62,855 nucleotides of DNA from Craspedostauros australis (GCA_030167865.1 JALAGF010001869.1:1-62855), one strand, 5' to 3'. Positions 34,572 to 46,699 are shown, counted from the first letter of the stretch. Notes: a model not told the origin generated them from the letters alone. Program-made: numbers and translations.

Positions 34572-36248
34572 ATGGACAGCATCAACAATGATGAAGATCA
34601 CAGCGCCGGCGTTGGTGGACGACTTAACGACCACAGCTGCCACAGCAACAGCCGTGGTGGTGACAGCCAGCGCCAGGCCAGAGTGGGAGATCCTATCCTG
34701 AGCATCCATGGCAACCGTGCCAACAAGAGCGACATCAGCAGCAGCACCACTAGCCACAAGAGAAAGCAGAAACAGAAGCAGAAGCGCAACGAGGACGGTC
34801 CTTCGGACAGGGCCATCAGCCTCAGCAGTGCCTCCATCCTGTCGTTTGCATTGTGCTCCATCAACAAGGTAATCAAGCTCAGAACCAACCGATTGTTTCA
34901 TTGTGCATTGGCGCTGGGCGTCCTTTGCTGTCATGCTGCGGACGCATACACCAACGGACATCCTCGCGCATTTCGCGAACACCCTGCCTCGTCGTGGCGG
35001 CAACAGCAAAGGGGACAAGATCGGCTCTTCAATGAACGCCATGCACAAGGTTCTACGACCAGCACGTCCCTTCGCGTCAGCCATGATCTGGAGCCACCCT
35101 CGCGTGGGTTCAGCTTGAACTGGCGGCGAAAGGGCGAGTCCCAGCCTGATCCTCAGAAGATGGAGTCCAACGCGGACGATACGGAGATCGATGTCGACAA
35201 GTTGCTGTCTGACACGGAGGCAGCGTTGAGAGCTGTCGATGACATGATCAATGCAAGACCTTCCCTTTTGGTTCAACAGGTTCTCAACGAAGACAGCGAA
35301 GCCGTGGCCACAAGAAGAGGAGGAAGAGCACCAGCACCACCGATAGTCCCGCCATCGACAACAGCCTTGTCAACAACTCAGTTCACACAACCTCCAGCAC
35401 ATGATGCGAAGGTTGATAATCGTACAACAAGCACAAGTACCACTGCAAGCGCCCGCCATGGCGATGCGCTGCAGCAATTGATCTTGACCAGCGGCATCGG
35501 TGGAGCTTTGCTCGGAGGGGTACTCGGTTTGGGGCTGGAGCTCCAGCACCCGTTCGGGTATCTCGGGGTGCAACCCGAGATGCTGCCGGTGACGCTCGCC
35601 ACGATGATCGGGACCGCCGTGTATTTCAGTGCAAGCTCTCTGGACGACGGCATTCTCCGCAATCTGCTGCTGGCAGTGTTCGGCGTCTCCACCAGAAACC
35701 TGGCAATCAAAGCCCAGGAAGCCACAGGAGGCATCGCAACCGATGCCTTGTCGGCAGCAAGAGACAGGGCGCACAAGACCGTGGAAGACATCCAGTCATT
35801 CCCCGAATTCGCCACGACGCAGGTCCTCGATTCCAGCAAGGCGTTCATCGAGCACACGGCAGAGGAGATCCAAACCATGCCCCAGCGCTTGGTCGATGAC
35901 ACGCTGGATCAGATCGATGGCGCCAAGGATGAACTGGTGCAGCTCCCGCAACGCAAGACAGAAGAAGCCGCGTCTTGGTTCGGCGGCATGATCTCCAGCA
36001 TCAAGCAAGCACCCAGCCGGGTAGTGGAAAACACGAAGCAGCGTGTCCTGGCCATGACGACGACTGAACCGTCAGGAGCGGACACATCTCAGGATAACGC
36101 CGACGCCCAGAACGATACATCCTCAGACCGCCGAGCACGACGCGAAGCCAAGAGACTCGAACGAGGCAGGTTCTGGCGACGCCGCGATACCTCCAACAAG
36201 AAGAAACCAAGCCCACCCACCGTCCCTCCTCCAACGTTCTTCCTCTGA
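34572..36248 (+). CDS. hypothetical membrane protein with glycine-zipper TM and amphipathic helical repeats
   Basis: 558-aa intronless ORF. GIGGALLGGVLGLG and further hydrophobic segments are followed by Pro-punctuated repeats. The true start is uncertain. Confidence 0.7.
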   Translation: MDSINNDEDHSAGVGGRLNDHSCHSNSRGGDSQRQARVGDPILSIHGNRANKSDISSSTTSHKRKQKQKQKRNEDGPSDRAISLSSASILSFALCSINKVIKLRTNRLFHCALALGVLCCHAADAYTNGHPRAFREHPASSWRQQQRGQDRLFNERHAQGSTTSTSLRVSHDLEPPSRGFSLNWRRKGESQPDPQKMESNADDTEIDVDKLLSDTEAALRAVDDMINARPSLLVQQVLNEDSEAVATRRGGRAPAPPIVPPSTTALSTTQFTQPPAHDAKVDNRTTSTSTTASARHGDALQQLILTSGIGGALLGGVLGLGLELQHPFGYLGVQPEMLPVTLATMIGTAVYFSASSLDDGILRNLLLAVFGVSTRNLAIKAQEATGGIATDALSAARDRAHKTVEDIQSFPEFATTQVLDSSKAFIEHTAEEIQTMPQRLVDDTLDQIDGAKDELVQLPQRKTEEAASWFGGMISSIKQAPSRVVENTKQRVLAMTTTEPSGADTSQDNADAQNDTSSDRRARREAKRLERGRFWRRRDTSNKKKPSPPTVPPPTFFL

Positions 36249-38519
36249 AAGCGATGAACGAGCAAGTGGAAGGCAACAGCGCCAGCGCCAGGGCCAATGG
36301 TACACCTCTCTAGAATTCTTACTCCGCTCTATCAATCCTGTAGTTGAAAACACTTTACGACCTACAGAGTATTCTTTTGTGTCCCGCGTGGTTTTGTCTC
36401 CTTCATGTTGTCCATCAAAAGGAACGCAAGCAAAACTGTAAGCTGGAGGCTGCATCGACTTGAATCGACGAGCCATGCCACATGGCATCGTGATGTCCTC
36501 GTCTCCTTGTGTGTTTGGGTGTTTGTGATCGTCTTGGTTGTCCTTGGTTGTTGTCATCCGTCATTGTTGTTGTTTGCCAAACTTGTCTTGTGAAGACTGT
36601 GGAGACTGTGGACTGAGCTTGGCTGAATCAATCCTGCAGGACTGAAATGCACACGTTGGTTCACGATACGACGCATCCGTTGGCAATCTCCTGTGCACTC
36701 ATACGAGTCAAACGGATGGTTGGCACATGTATGTGACAGTCCTCGCTCTATGCAGCCACATCGCCAACCATGCCGACAGGCTCGCATAGTAACAGAGGCG
36801 GCACGACAGATATCGGAATTTGAGGCGGCTGAACGGAAGGTGGCGTCGCGCCGGCTTGAATGTGTTTTCTTGGATGCTCTTTTTTCTCCGAGCGTGGCGG
36901 GATGCCAAACTGAGAATGCACGTGTGGACAACACGTTGAAAAAATTGGCGTGGAACGCCGTTGGGTGCGTCTTGTGTGATGTCAACGACACGGTGCAATT
37001 ATGTGACGAGTCGGCAATGATGTGCAGACCAGCCGGCTTGCTTGGCATGCGTACTATGGGCGAGAGTGTCATGTGCGCGCCAATGTTGGGCATGTGGTTG
37101 GTCTTCTACTATGGGACCTTCGACACAAGCGCGTTGAGAAAGGCACATGGATCTCCGAGCGAGAGAAGGGCGGAATTTTGCTTCGTCTTGTTGCGGCTTG
37201 TCCGTTCTGATCAGGGGTGGTGGCGTTATCGTCTCTTGTGTCGTGTGGTGAAGTACGGGAACGGGGGTTTGTGCCTTTCCGCTCTCGTGAAGTTTCCGCG
37301 TCGCCCGGGTTCGCCGCGCCAAGAACAAGGTGGACGGTAAGAATCAGGAGAAGAGTACCCGCGTGTGGCGCGGGTTTTGGAGTACCGGCAAAGCGAAAGC
37401 GGAAGCGAGAGAGAGGGAGGCTGGGCTCTGGGAGATGAACAGAAAGGGAGCGTTGCGGGCAAAGAGAAAGCAAGAGACGAAGCCAACGAAAGCAATCGGG
37501 CACGACGACAGCGACACTTGCGCAGACACATCAAGATCAAGAGCATCATCAGCATCAATCCACCGTCGTGCCCAACCAACACTCTCTGTCCCAATTCCAA
37601 CTCTGAGGGAAGGTGCAAGAGCGCAAGAGCGCAATTGCAAGAGTGCAGGTGGTTGTGGTTGAGGTTGCGCCATACTACGCGAGCCACGAAGACGCAGTCA
37701 GATCGCGCCAATCATTGAATCGTCGCTTCAGCCAATCCATCACTGCGGTAAACCAGAGGCAGAAAGCAAGGTTGAGCATCCGCATTGGACATTGGCAGGG
37801 AGAGCAACAGAGAGAGAAACAGAGGGAAGGGCAACATTGTGCGTCCGGAAGAACAGAGTGCGAAGTGCGATCACTGTACCGACACTACCGCACGCTCCGT
37901 TGGTGTTGTCACTCTGATGCTGTTCATGCCTCCGTTGACAAAGCCGTTGTAATTTTCGTCGAGCAATCAGCACAAGCCGAGCGGAAGGACGAGGGCGACC
38001 AGCGAAGGCCGGAACCACGAACAAGGACATCGACAAAGAGAGAGACACACACACAAACAGAGAGAGGGAGACGGACGGAGACGAACGAGAGAGTCTCAAA
38101 AGGAGAAGCCTCCATTTGGAGACAACAGCTGAAGGCCCAATTTGAAGCATCCAGAGCCGCCAGGAAGCCGAGCTCTCATCACTGCGTCGGTGTCATACTC
38201 GGCAACGCTCACTGAAGAGCACCCAAAGAAGAGCATCCCGGTGATAGTGTCCACGTTGTTAACTACGTTGTGAACTTCAGTTGGAGTCTCATCCCCATTC
38301 GCGACGCATCAGCTCGAACCACCAGTGGCGGAAGCATCCGAGCACTCGAACTTCCATTCAACAATCAACTGAGGTGCAACCATCTCGGCGCACAACTACC
38401 CGCACAACTACCCGCACATACCATCCAATCCAGCTGCACTTCACTAGACGACGCTGCACTAGACGACGCCGCAACCACAGCTGCTACGAGCACTCCGATT
38501 ATAGTAGTACTCCACCACC

Positions 38520-40925
38520 ATGGCCAACTCACGCACCGTCATCGATCCTTCCGGCACGTCCCATGAGCATGCTGGCGTGAGCACCAATGCCCGCAAGGGC
38601 AGGAGGACGCGGCAGTCAATAGCATCTCGACATGGCCAACCTCCAGTCCATCCAGACACGGAACAACGGCCTCCATCAAGGTCGAAGGCCAAGCCACACT
38701 CACAATCAGCGAAGAGGCAAGGCAAAGGAGGAGTGAAGGGAGGCTACGCAGCGCAGGTTGTTCGCCTCCAACGCGCTGGCGAATCATCCTCGTCGTCGTC
38801 CCTCTACGAGCCGCACAACCTCCCGCAGCCGCAGCAACAGCAGAACGAGTCGCATTATGATAGATACTACGAGGCGGATCAGGCAGACCTGCACGGCGAC
38901 TACCAACCCTCCTACGGCCTTCCTCGCGATCGCTGGCCCAAGGGATTCACCAACATCGGCAACTCCTGCTACTCAAATTCAGTGCTGCAGTGTCTGCTCA
39001 GCACGGCCCTCAGCAACGCCCTGCTCAACCCGCAGACGATGCCCCTCTTCCGGCGCTACTCCTCCAACCACAACCTCCTGGCGCTCAAGAACAGGAACAA
39101 CAGCCAGGACTCGGAGGATGAGATCCTCAGGGATCCCAAGCGAGACCGCGAACAGAAGCAGAAGCAGCTCAGGGAGAGAGCCGAGGTCAAGCGACAGCTC
39201 GCGGAGAACTGCGAGTGGCTCACCGAGGAGCTCACCACCATCGTCGAGCAGCATCAGGACGTCAACCCAAATCCGCACAGCCAGCAGCGCACCTCATCGC
39301 ACAACTCCTCCTGGTGGGACATGTCGTCCTACACCTCGGAATCGCCAGAGCATGCCAACATCGTCATCAACCCGGAGGCCATCACGAGGCATCCGGATCG
39401 ACTCTCCAAGTGCCTCGTGCCCTACCAGCAGGAGGACGCGCACGAGTTCCTGCGGGCGCTGCTCAGCACCCTCGTCATGAACGGCCGCAACAAGCAGCTC
39501 TCCAGCCTCTTCGATGGACTCCTCGAGTCCTCCGTCACCTGCCGCACCTGCGGCCGCATGTCCCTAACGAGAGACCGCTACATGGACCTGTCGCTGGACA
39601 TCAACGACGTCAACATCACGTCCCTGCCACGGGCGCTCGCGGAGTTCACGAAGAACGAGATCCTGGACGAGGACAATGCCGTCTTCTGTCCCAGGTGCAA
39701 CCGCAAGCAGTCCGTCACGAAGGGCCTGCGCCTTGCCACAGCACCCTCCATCCTCGTCTGTCATCTCAAGAGGTTCGCCTTCGATCAATTCGGAAGGCTG
39801 GTGCGTTTACACAAACGCGTGCAGTTCCCCCTCAGGCTCAACATCGCCAATTGCATGTCGCATCTCAACAAGGCCAGGCCGCCACCCTACGAGCTCGTGG
39901 GCATCTTGGTCCACCAAGGCCAGACCTGTGCCTCAGGTCACTACGTCGCATTCGTCAAGAAGCACGGCGAATGGTTCCAGTGCAACGACAGCGTCGTCAC
40001 CAAGGTCGACGTCCAAACGGTTCTCAGCCAGCAGGCCTACATATGCATGTACGAAGTCGCCGAGATGAGAGAGCGAGCGGGTCATGCAGGACCCTCGTCA
40101 CCCTACGAACGCAATCGCAAGACTGAACAGTTCCTGGATGAGGACGTGCAGTCCCTGGGTGGGTCCACCCTCAACGACCCCTCCACCATATCCGTCCACA
40201 CCCACAACTCGCAGAAGCATTACGAACAGCAAAATCATCACCAACAGCACAGTCAGCATTCACGAAACGTGCCACAACGGAAAAGGCAGAATACTCCACA
40301 CTGGGGTGAGGAACCGGCCATGCGCATCCTTCAGCTCCTCAGGGACGCGGAAGGTTTCCTCACCGAGTTCTGCTGCGACACCTCCAACAATGGAACCAAC
40401 GAACCATCGGCGCGCAACGTCCAGCACTCGCATTTCCGCCATCGCCCGCATCGCATGCGAGACGACTACAGCAAGGACGATTCGACGGTCCGCACAAATG
40501 ACACCTCCTCGTACCCGATGCGCCGCAGCACGTCAACGGACGCTGTCATGGACGAAAAGGCCAAGCACAACGCCAGCGGCGGCGGAAGGTCGCAGACTGC
40601 ACCGCGATCGCGCCGTGCCCGACACAACAGCTTCACCGCGCCCGATTCAGAGAAGCTCCTCCAGCACAACGATTCAGAGCTGCGAAAGGTCATGAAGGTC
40701 AGACCCCAATCGGACCACGGTGCGGCCCAGCGTGAGGCCAGATCCAGATCGCGCCGACGCTACACCAACCTGCGCTCGCGCAGCCAAGGTCGTCCGCGAT
40801 CCGACGCCGGACCATCCAACGCCTTCCAACAGCAACAGCAACACCTTCCGCCGTTGCCTACGGCAGGATCAAGGAAGAATCGCCGGTCGAAGTCCAACTC
40901 GGACGAAACGCTGTACCACCTGTGA
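38520..40925 (+). CDS. ubiquitin-specific protease (peptidase C19, USP36/42/17-like)
   Basis: Cys box GFTNIGNSCYSNSVLQCL, QQEDAHEFL, Zn finger CRTC...CPRC, HLKRF, His box HQGQTCASGHYVAFVK, WFQCND. Confidence 0.95.
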   Translation: MANSRTVIDPSGTSHEHAGVSTNARKGRRTRQSIASRHGQPPVHPDTEQRPPSRSKAKPHSQSAKRQGKGGVKGGYAAQVVRLQRAGESSSSSSLYEPHNLPQPQQQQNESHYDRYYEADQADLHGDYQPSYGLPRDRWPKGFTNIGNSCYSNSVLQCLLSTALSNALLNPQTMPLFRRYSSNHNLLALKNRNNSQDSEDEILRDPKRDREQKQKQLRERAEVKRQLAENCEWLTEELTTIVEQHQDVNPNPHSQQRTSSHNSSWWDMSSYTSESPEHANIVINPEAITRHPDRLSKCLVPYQQEDAHEFLRALLSTLVMNGRNKQLSSLFDGLLESSVTCRTCGRMSLTRDRYMDLSLDINDVNITSLPRALAEFTKNEILDEDNAVFCPRCNRKQSVTKGLRLATAPSILVCHLKRFAFDQFGRLVRLHKRVQFPLRLNIANCMSHLNKARPPPYELVGILVHQGQTCASGHYVAFVKKHGEWFQCNDSVVTKVDVQTVLSQQAYICMYEVAEMRERAGHAGPSSPYERNRKTEQFLDEDVQSLGGSTLNDPSTISVHTHNSQKHYEQQNHHQQHSQHSRNVPQRKRQNTPHWGEEPAMRILQLLRDAEGFLTEFCCDTSNNGTNEPSARNVQHSHFRHRPHRMRDDYSKDDSTVRTNDTSSYPMRRSTSTDAVMDEKAKHNASGGGRSQTAPRSRRARHNSFTAPDSEKLLQHNDSELRKVMKVRPQSDHGAAQREARSRSRRRYTNLRSRSQGRPRSDAGPSNAFQQQQQHLPPLPTAGSRKNRRSKSNSDETLYHL

Positions 40926-41449
40926 TGAGTGCAAAGCGCGCTGCCCTGCAAGTGCGCACGAATGAGCACAAGAGCTGCTGCTCACCCCCCAAACCATACT
41001 GCAAATAAGTTATCCAAAATAGAGCAGAACTTCAGCACCACCCCAATTTCAATTGAGCTCAGTCGAATCGATTGTGACAGAGCGCATGGTGCGATCGAAA
41101 TGGGCTGATGCAGATTGATTTTGACTTTGATGAAGCGGGTGTATTGGGCATCATGAGTCAGCGATGCCGACCTGACACTCGCAATTGTCTTTGCGATGCA
41201 ATCAATGTGATACCATGCATCGAGCTCTCAGTGTTCCTTTTGCCTTTCCTTGCCGAAAGCCCAACCTCCAAACTGAGCAGAGAGCACACATGAGCGGGCC
41301 GTCCGAATGTTGCACTTGGAGTATACTCTGCACGAATAAAGCAGAACAGGACACATCCTCCTATTGGCATGTATAATATAAATATAATGTGGTAGTATTG
41401 TATTGCGCCACATTGCATGACTCTGCATTGCATCTCACTCCACCGACCC

Positions 41450-43510
41450 TCACAAGCCAATTTCATTGTCATGAAACAGGCACGTGTTCGTTCCATGCTG
41501 CTCTGTGAATAATTCTTCCAGAATTGCACCATCGCCAGGATTGACGATGTGCGCACGTGTCACGCCATGATGGACGGCCCAAGCGGCCCACGACAGCTTC
41601 ATCAAGAATGCTTTGTTGGTTTCATCTTTCGTTGCAGAAAGCTCGTCCTTTTGGTGTTCCTGCTGCTCTTGCTGCGTCACGAATCCATGGGAATGAATTT
41701 GCATTCCGGATTGCTGCAGCACTGTTTCCACGAAGGACAACGGGATGTCCTGCAAGAAATCAGGCGTGTTCAGCTCGACTACAGACTTCATCTCTTGCTG
41801 TTGCTGTTGTTCTTGCTGTTGCTTCTGCTGCCGCAGCACCATGCCCGAACTCATCATGTAAATCACTTTGTGTGCCTGGCATTCGGCGGCGATCTTTGCA
41901 GCCAGATGAGGGCCATTGACGTGGATCATCTCACCATCGGTGGATGCGCCCATCGTAGTCAGCAAGACAATATCACGATTTTCCAACGTCGACATGATGT
42001 TGCGTGCGTGGACTTGTTGCACGTAACCGGCGTGATTGTTGCTGCCCTCAGCGCTTCTCTGATGCTCCTGCTGCTGCTGCGAACGATCATCGTTGTCCAT
42101 TTGGAAGCGTTCCGCGGTGTAGAAGTTGCCACCAATGACATTCCCATTCAATGGGACCGACTGGCTCAATCCCATGTGTCGTGTGAGGCACTTGTTCAAC
42201 TTACGTTCCAGTTCGAAACGCACAAAGCCGGCACTTTCCTGCAGGGACCGCATGGTGGCATCCGAGATCCTTGGGAATTCGTAATTGTCAGACAATGAAG
42301 GCGACGACGATGAAGACGGCTCTTGTGATTGGTACTGCGGCGGAGTCTGGGTAGACTGTGGGTACTCGTACGGTGACATCCAGTGTGCGTCTGCTTGTTG
42401 GTACAGCGTATGATCATGGATGTAGAGAGGTTTGTGGTCCGCGTTGGCGGTATCTTGCGATTTCTCTGCCGCCCAGCCATGCCACTTCCACCAATCCATG
42501 CCACCGTCTGCATCATCTCGAGATGGTTCATTGTGCTCTGTCGTCGTTGCACCATTGCTGTGATCACCACACCTGTGGTCATGGGCACTCGAACCCGTGC
42601 AGCCAACGACCAGCACAATCTTCATCCCCAGCAACCAAGTGATCGCAATGTCATCCATGAGATGATCCAGTGCCTTGCCGTCGCAAACGTGTTCCGCACT
42701 AATGTTTCCGTCACGGGCACGGTCACCGTCCTCGGCATCTGGGTCGCACACCAGTTCGCCTGGGATGTAGAGCACCATGACTTCTTCCGCGTGCGACGCA
42801 ATATACGGTGCCGAACCAGTGAGCATGCGTGCGAAGGTCGGGTACTGCACGCATTCATCGAATCGGTCGTTGTCTTGGAAGACGGCACAGCGCTCCTGCA
42901 GCCTCATTCGTGATCTACTCGTACCGTCAGTGATCGTACTCGATACAACCGATGCTGTCGAAGCCTGGGAGGAGGATTGCGACTGTCGTTCCTGAAGTAG
43001 CTGCTCTGTCGAAATGAACTCGATCTGAGATGGATCGACGATTGAATCTGTCTGCGCTGATGCGCCCTCGTTCTGGCTGCAGTCGTCAGGTCCAATAAGC
43101 CGTCTACTTCGAATGACCTTGCGCTTGTTCGCTGCATCTAGCACGAACTCATCTTCAAACTGAAGGTGTTGTTGATGTTGTGGTTGATATTGCTGCTGTT
43201 GTGGTTGATGCTGAAATACAGCTGTGCTGCTAGCCCCCCAAATAGCTGCGGCTCGGGATGGGACTTTCGAGAACTTGTGCGTTGACGGTGTGTCCGCAAC
43301 GAATCCGTGGACTCCAGCTCCAGTTTTTGCGTCAAATGCCAACACCAGTACCAACAGCATCTGCATAGTAATAGTGGCGCTGATGACGAAGCTCCTGACT
43401 GAGCACATCTTGCCCCTTTGTGGCATAGATCGCGCTGGGCTGGTGAGGCACCTTGGATCCAGCATGGTCAGGACGCTCATGCTCATGCTCCTGCTCTTGC
43501 TTCGGCTCAT
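41450..43510 (-). CDS. N-acetylglutamate synthase (ArgA)-like protein, amino-acid-kinase (AAK) domain only, probably plastid-targeted
   Basis: SAPYIASH, DIAITWLLGMKIVLVVG, AGFVRFELERKL, GNVIGGNFYTA, GVTRAHIVNPGDGAILEELFT..GTNT. The stop falls right after the AAK domain. The start could be 43510 or 43366 (MQMLLVLVLAF...HGFV). Confidence 0.75.
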   Translation of the reverse strand: MSRSKSRSMSMSVLTMLDPRCLTSPARSMPQRGKMCSVRSFVISATITMQMLLVLVLAFDAKTGAGVHGFVADTPSTHKFSKVPSRAAAIWGASSTAVFQHQPQQQQYQPQHQQHLQFEDEFVLDAANKRKVIRSRRLIGPDDCSQNEGASAQTDSIVDPSQIEFISTEQLLQERQSQSSSQASTASVVSSTITDGTSRSRMRLQERCAVFQDNDRFDECVQYPTFARMLTGSAPYIASHAEEVMVLYIPGELVCDPDAEDGDRARDGNISAEHVCDGKALDHLMDDIAITWLLGMKIVLVVGCTGSSAHDHRCGDHSNGATTTEHNEPSRDDADGGMDWWKWHGWAAEKSQDTANADHKPLYIHDHTLYQQADAHWMSPYEYPQSTQTPPQYQSQEPSSSSSPSLSDNYEFPRISDATMRSLQESAGFVRFELERKLNKCLTRHMGLSQSVPLNGNVIGGNFYTAERFQMDNDDRSQQQQEHQRSAEGSNNHAGYVQQVHARNIMSTLENRDIVLLTTMGASTDGEMIHVNGPHLAAKIAAECQAHKVIYMMSSGMVLRQQKQQQEQQQQQEMKSVVELNTPDFLQDIPLSFVETVLQQSGMQIHSHGFVTQQEQQEHQKDELSATKDETNKAFLMKLSWAAWAVHHGVTRAHIVNPGDGAILEELFTEQHGTNTCLFHDNEIGL

Positions 43511-43856
43511 TGTTATGCCAAAAGGCGCGATTGAGTCTTCTTTTGTCTCGAAGTGTTTGAGCGGCTCCACGTATTCCGCGGAGAGTCCTCTGCTCTATCT
43601 GCTCCTCTTCCCTTTCCACTGACCACAAGATCTTTCTTTGGCTCTGGCTGTCTCTGATGGGAGTGTCTACCCAATAATGCTCGTGCAAAGTGCCGTGCTG
43701 TGCTGTGGTCGCAGCTCAACAATGCCTTGTTCGTCGCTTCTACTTTGCGCCTGAGTTGCACGAAGGAATCGGATGTAGGTGATGACCGAGCGAACGTCTT
43801 CCTCGAATGTGATCCTTGTGTTGGTATGTAAGGTATTCTATGTGCTCTCTGCAATT

Positions 43857-43878
43857 CCTCTCTCTCTCTCTCTCTCTC
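43857..43878. repeat. (CT)n microsatellite
   Basis: Directly visible. Confidence 0.85.
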
Positions 43879-44630
43879 TTTGTGTCTCTCTATTGGATGG
43901 GTTGATGCTGCTGTGCCGTCCACCGCTTCCCTGAGAAACAACAAATGTCCCTTCGCTTGTCTGGCTGTGTTGTCCCTGGTGGGGTGTGTTCATTGGTTGG
44001 CACGTTCTTGCCATGACCTCTCATGCATCCTCACGCTCGCAACAGTGCCGATGCGCGATCTCCTCCTTGCGTGTTCTGTGGTTCTTGTTGTTGGTGTGAC
44101 CGTTTTCGTGGTCGTGGTTGTTCATCGTTTCTGTTTAGTCATGTTTGTCGACTCGTGTATCGAAAACGTGAATGAAACGACATGCAGATTGAGTGTTGCG
44201 GTTGAGCGTCGCCAGAATTTTTCTGATTGGTCAAGACAAGAGTCAGCCGTGTGCTTCAAAACCGCCAATGGACGTTAAATGAAGCGTTAAAGATCGCCAA
44301 TTCTCTGCCAACAACAAGTGGCGCCAAAAAGGAAAAATGATGCCACCGAAACGAAACAAGACCTGTCTCTTCTTCTTCTTCTTCGATTTTCTCTCAAAGG
44401 GTGATGGCCACACGACACAACTGATACCTGTGTCAACAACATCTCTGTGTTCGATGGCATCAAGCACAGCAGTCACCTCTGCCCTCTCAGAAGAAGATCA
44501 TTTGCGGCTGCACTTCCACCTGGACTTCCACTTGGACCTGCGCTCCCGCCATTGATCCAACGAATCTCCATTCACATCACTACAAGGAAGAGTTGGAGAA
44601 CTGTGTTATCTGCACTCCATTCCTGTTATC

Positions 44631-45863
44631 ATGCTCTGCTGCTTCGACACGTCGAATAACGCGCAAGGAGCGTACTACAACCAGGTGAACACCAACACGA
44701 CGGCTTACAATGGTTCCAACAACAACAACAACAACAACACCGGCACCAGCACCAGCGCATACCCCGGTCAGCGCCGTCCGTACATCAAGACAGCTGGGAA
44801 TGCGTTGATGGCAGCACCGACACCATCGCAAACGCAAACGCAGCAGCAACAACAAGTGCAAACGCAAGTTGCAACACCAGTGGCAGCACCAGTCCCAGTG
44901 ACCCCTATACCCACACCATCGGTTCCGCCACCGCCAAAACCATCTGCTGCGCTGCGGCCTGCCTCCAATCAGCTCATCGCAGGTAAGCATTGTGCATACG
45001 TCCGTAGCAGAACAAGTGCAATCAGCAACAGTGCCTGCCATGCAACGTAACCATGGTCTGATGTCTCGGTGTAACATTGTCGCACTGTATTCTCCCTCAT
45101 GTCCAATCCTGCTCACATTTCCACGTCTCTTTCATTCATTCTTCCCTTTATCCTTCATCGCTGGCCTTCCTGTCACCACCTCCACCCATGTTCATGATCG
45201 ATCATGGCTTCGTACGGCTTTGTACTGCAATACCACACAATACCACACGAATGTGACAACACAGTGACCGTGCCACAAGGCGTACATTCTGGTCAAACAA
45301 TTCATGTGGCGACACCTGATGGCTCTGGCCGCCTGATCGCTGCGGTTGTGCCGCCGGGCATGGGACCAGGTTCCAAATTCATGGTCCAAGCACCACCGCC
45401 AGTGTCAGCACCGGCACCAGCCCCTGCACCACCCATGGCAGAAGCAATCGCGCGACCTGTCTCGGCATCGCCAGCCTCCGATCCGGCACCATTTGCTGCA
45501 GCACTTGATGACACACCGCCTTCTCATGGCACCACTGGCCACTCCGGTGGGTATCAGTACAGAAAACCAGCCCCGCCTGTCTCAGCTCCGTCAGCGCCAG
45601 CAACATCAGCCTCGGCGCCGCCTGCATCAGACCCGATGCCCTTCTCCATGGCGCTTGACAATCCCCCTCCTCCTCCACAGCATCATCATGCACAAGTCCA
45701 AGCGCAGACGCAACAAGCACCGCAGTATGTCAAAGTACAAGTCCCACCCGGCACGACTCCAGGAACGACCCTGCACGTGCAAATACCCAACAGCGGAGGC
45801 AAGCTCATCGCAGCCCAGGTGCCGCCCAATTGCACCGAATTCCACGTCCAGTATACACTCTAG
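44631..45863 (+). CDS. proline-rich protein with duplicated VxVPxG..G module; 2 exons (44631-44982, 45265-45863)
   Basis: A phase-1 gtaagc...acag intron joins MLCCFDT...NQLIA to VTVPQGVHSGQTIHV... A second module VQVPPGTTPGTTLHV sits at the C-terminus. Confidence 0.72.
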
Positions 45864-46699
45864 CTTATCGCAGCGCCGTGACGCGGCACAAAACCTTTGC
45901 ATGCATAAACGCAGATCATACATGTACACGATACTAGTACTCGATACTACGACTCTACTTATTACTCGTCCTCGTGCCTGTCCATGCTTCTCATCAGTTG
46001 CTCTGTACGAGTACGAATACCATGGATAAACAGGACATGCATCCTCCACAGCGCAATGTTTCGTGAAGGCACTAACGACTGGATGGCTCTGGTTGGCTCA
46101 ACTCTACTCTGCTCTGTCCAGTGTGTTCACAATTGGTTGCTGCTTGGCACAGTGCGACTGTGATGAAGAGTGTGGTGAAGTAGAGGTGTCGTCCACTTGT
46201 ATCTACTCTTATAGAAGACTATGTATGTCCGTGTGTGCACGACTGCTTGTACCGATGAGTAAACTCTCTTATGTTCTTGGGCCTGTAGCGCAACGCCCTA
46301 TTTCGGGGAGTGAGAGTTCAGCCCACGTGACCTCATCGTCTGCCGTTCTTCTATCCTGTCAGCAGCTTGGTTCATGTGGTTGTCTCGAAGAGGCTTGGTG
46401 ACGATGTTGTTTTGGAAGATGCATGTACATCGCTTGTTCATCACCTCGCAAGCCGCAACTCCAAAATTGGTTTGATTGCACTTATCGTACCTACGTACGT
46501 GACTTTGGCCGTTGTGTCTGCATGTACTTGTACGAGCGATGCCTTCGGTTCCCTATTGTTTCGTCGTCGTCTTCGTCGATGTTGTTGCGTGTGGATGCGT
46601 TGGAAGGGAGCAGCGCCACTCTTGCGCTGGTCCAAATGGTAAGTCCATCTCACTCTGTTCTGCTTGACATATTCGGTCCACGAAGTATTCCGCTCCGCT

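Noticed and set aside
36554-38215. Several 100-215 aa ORFs between the membrane protein and the USP gene
   Set aside because: No recognisable motifs, mostly non-ATG starts, and the composition looks like promoter or 5' UTR.
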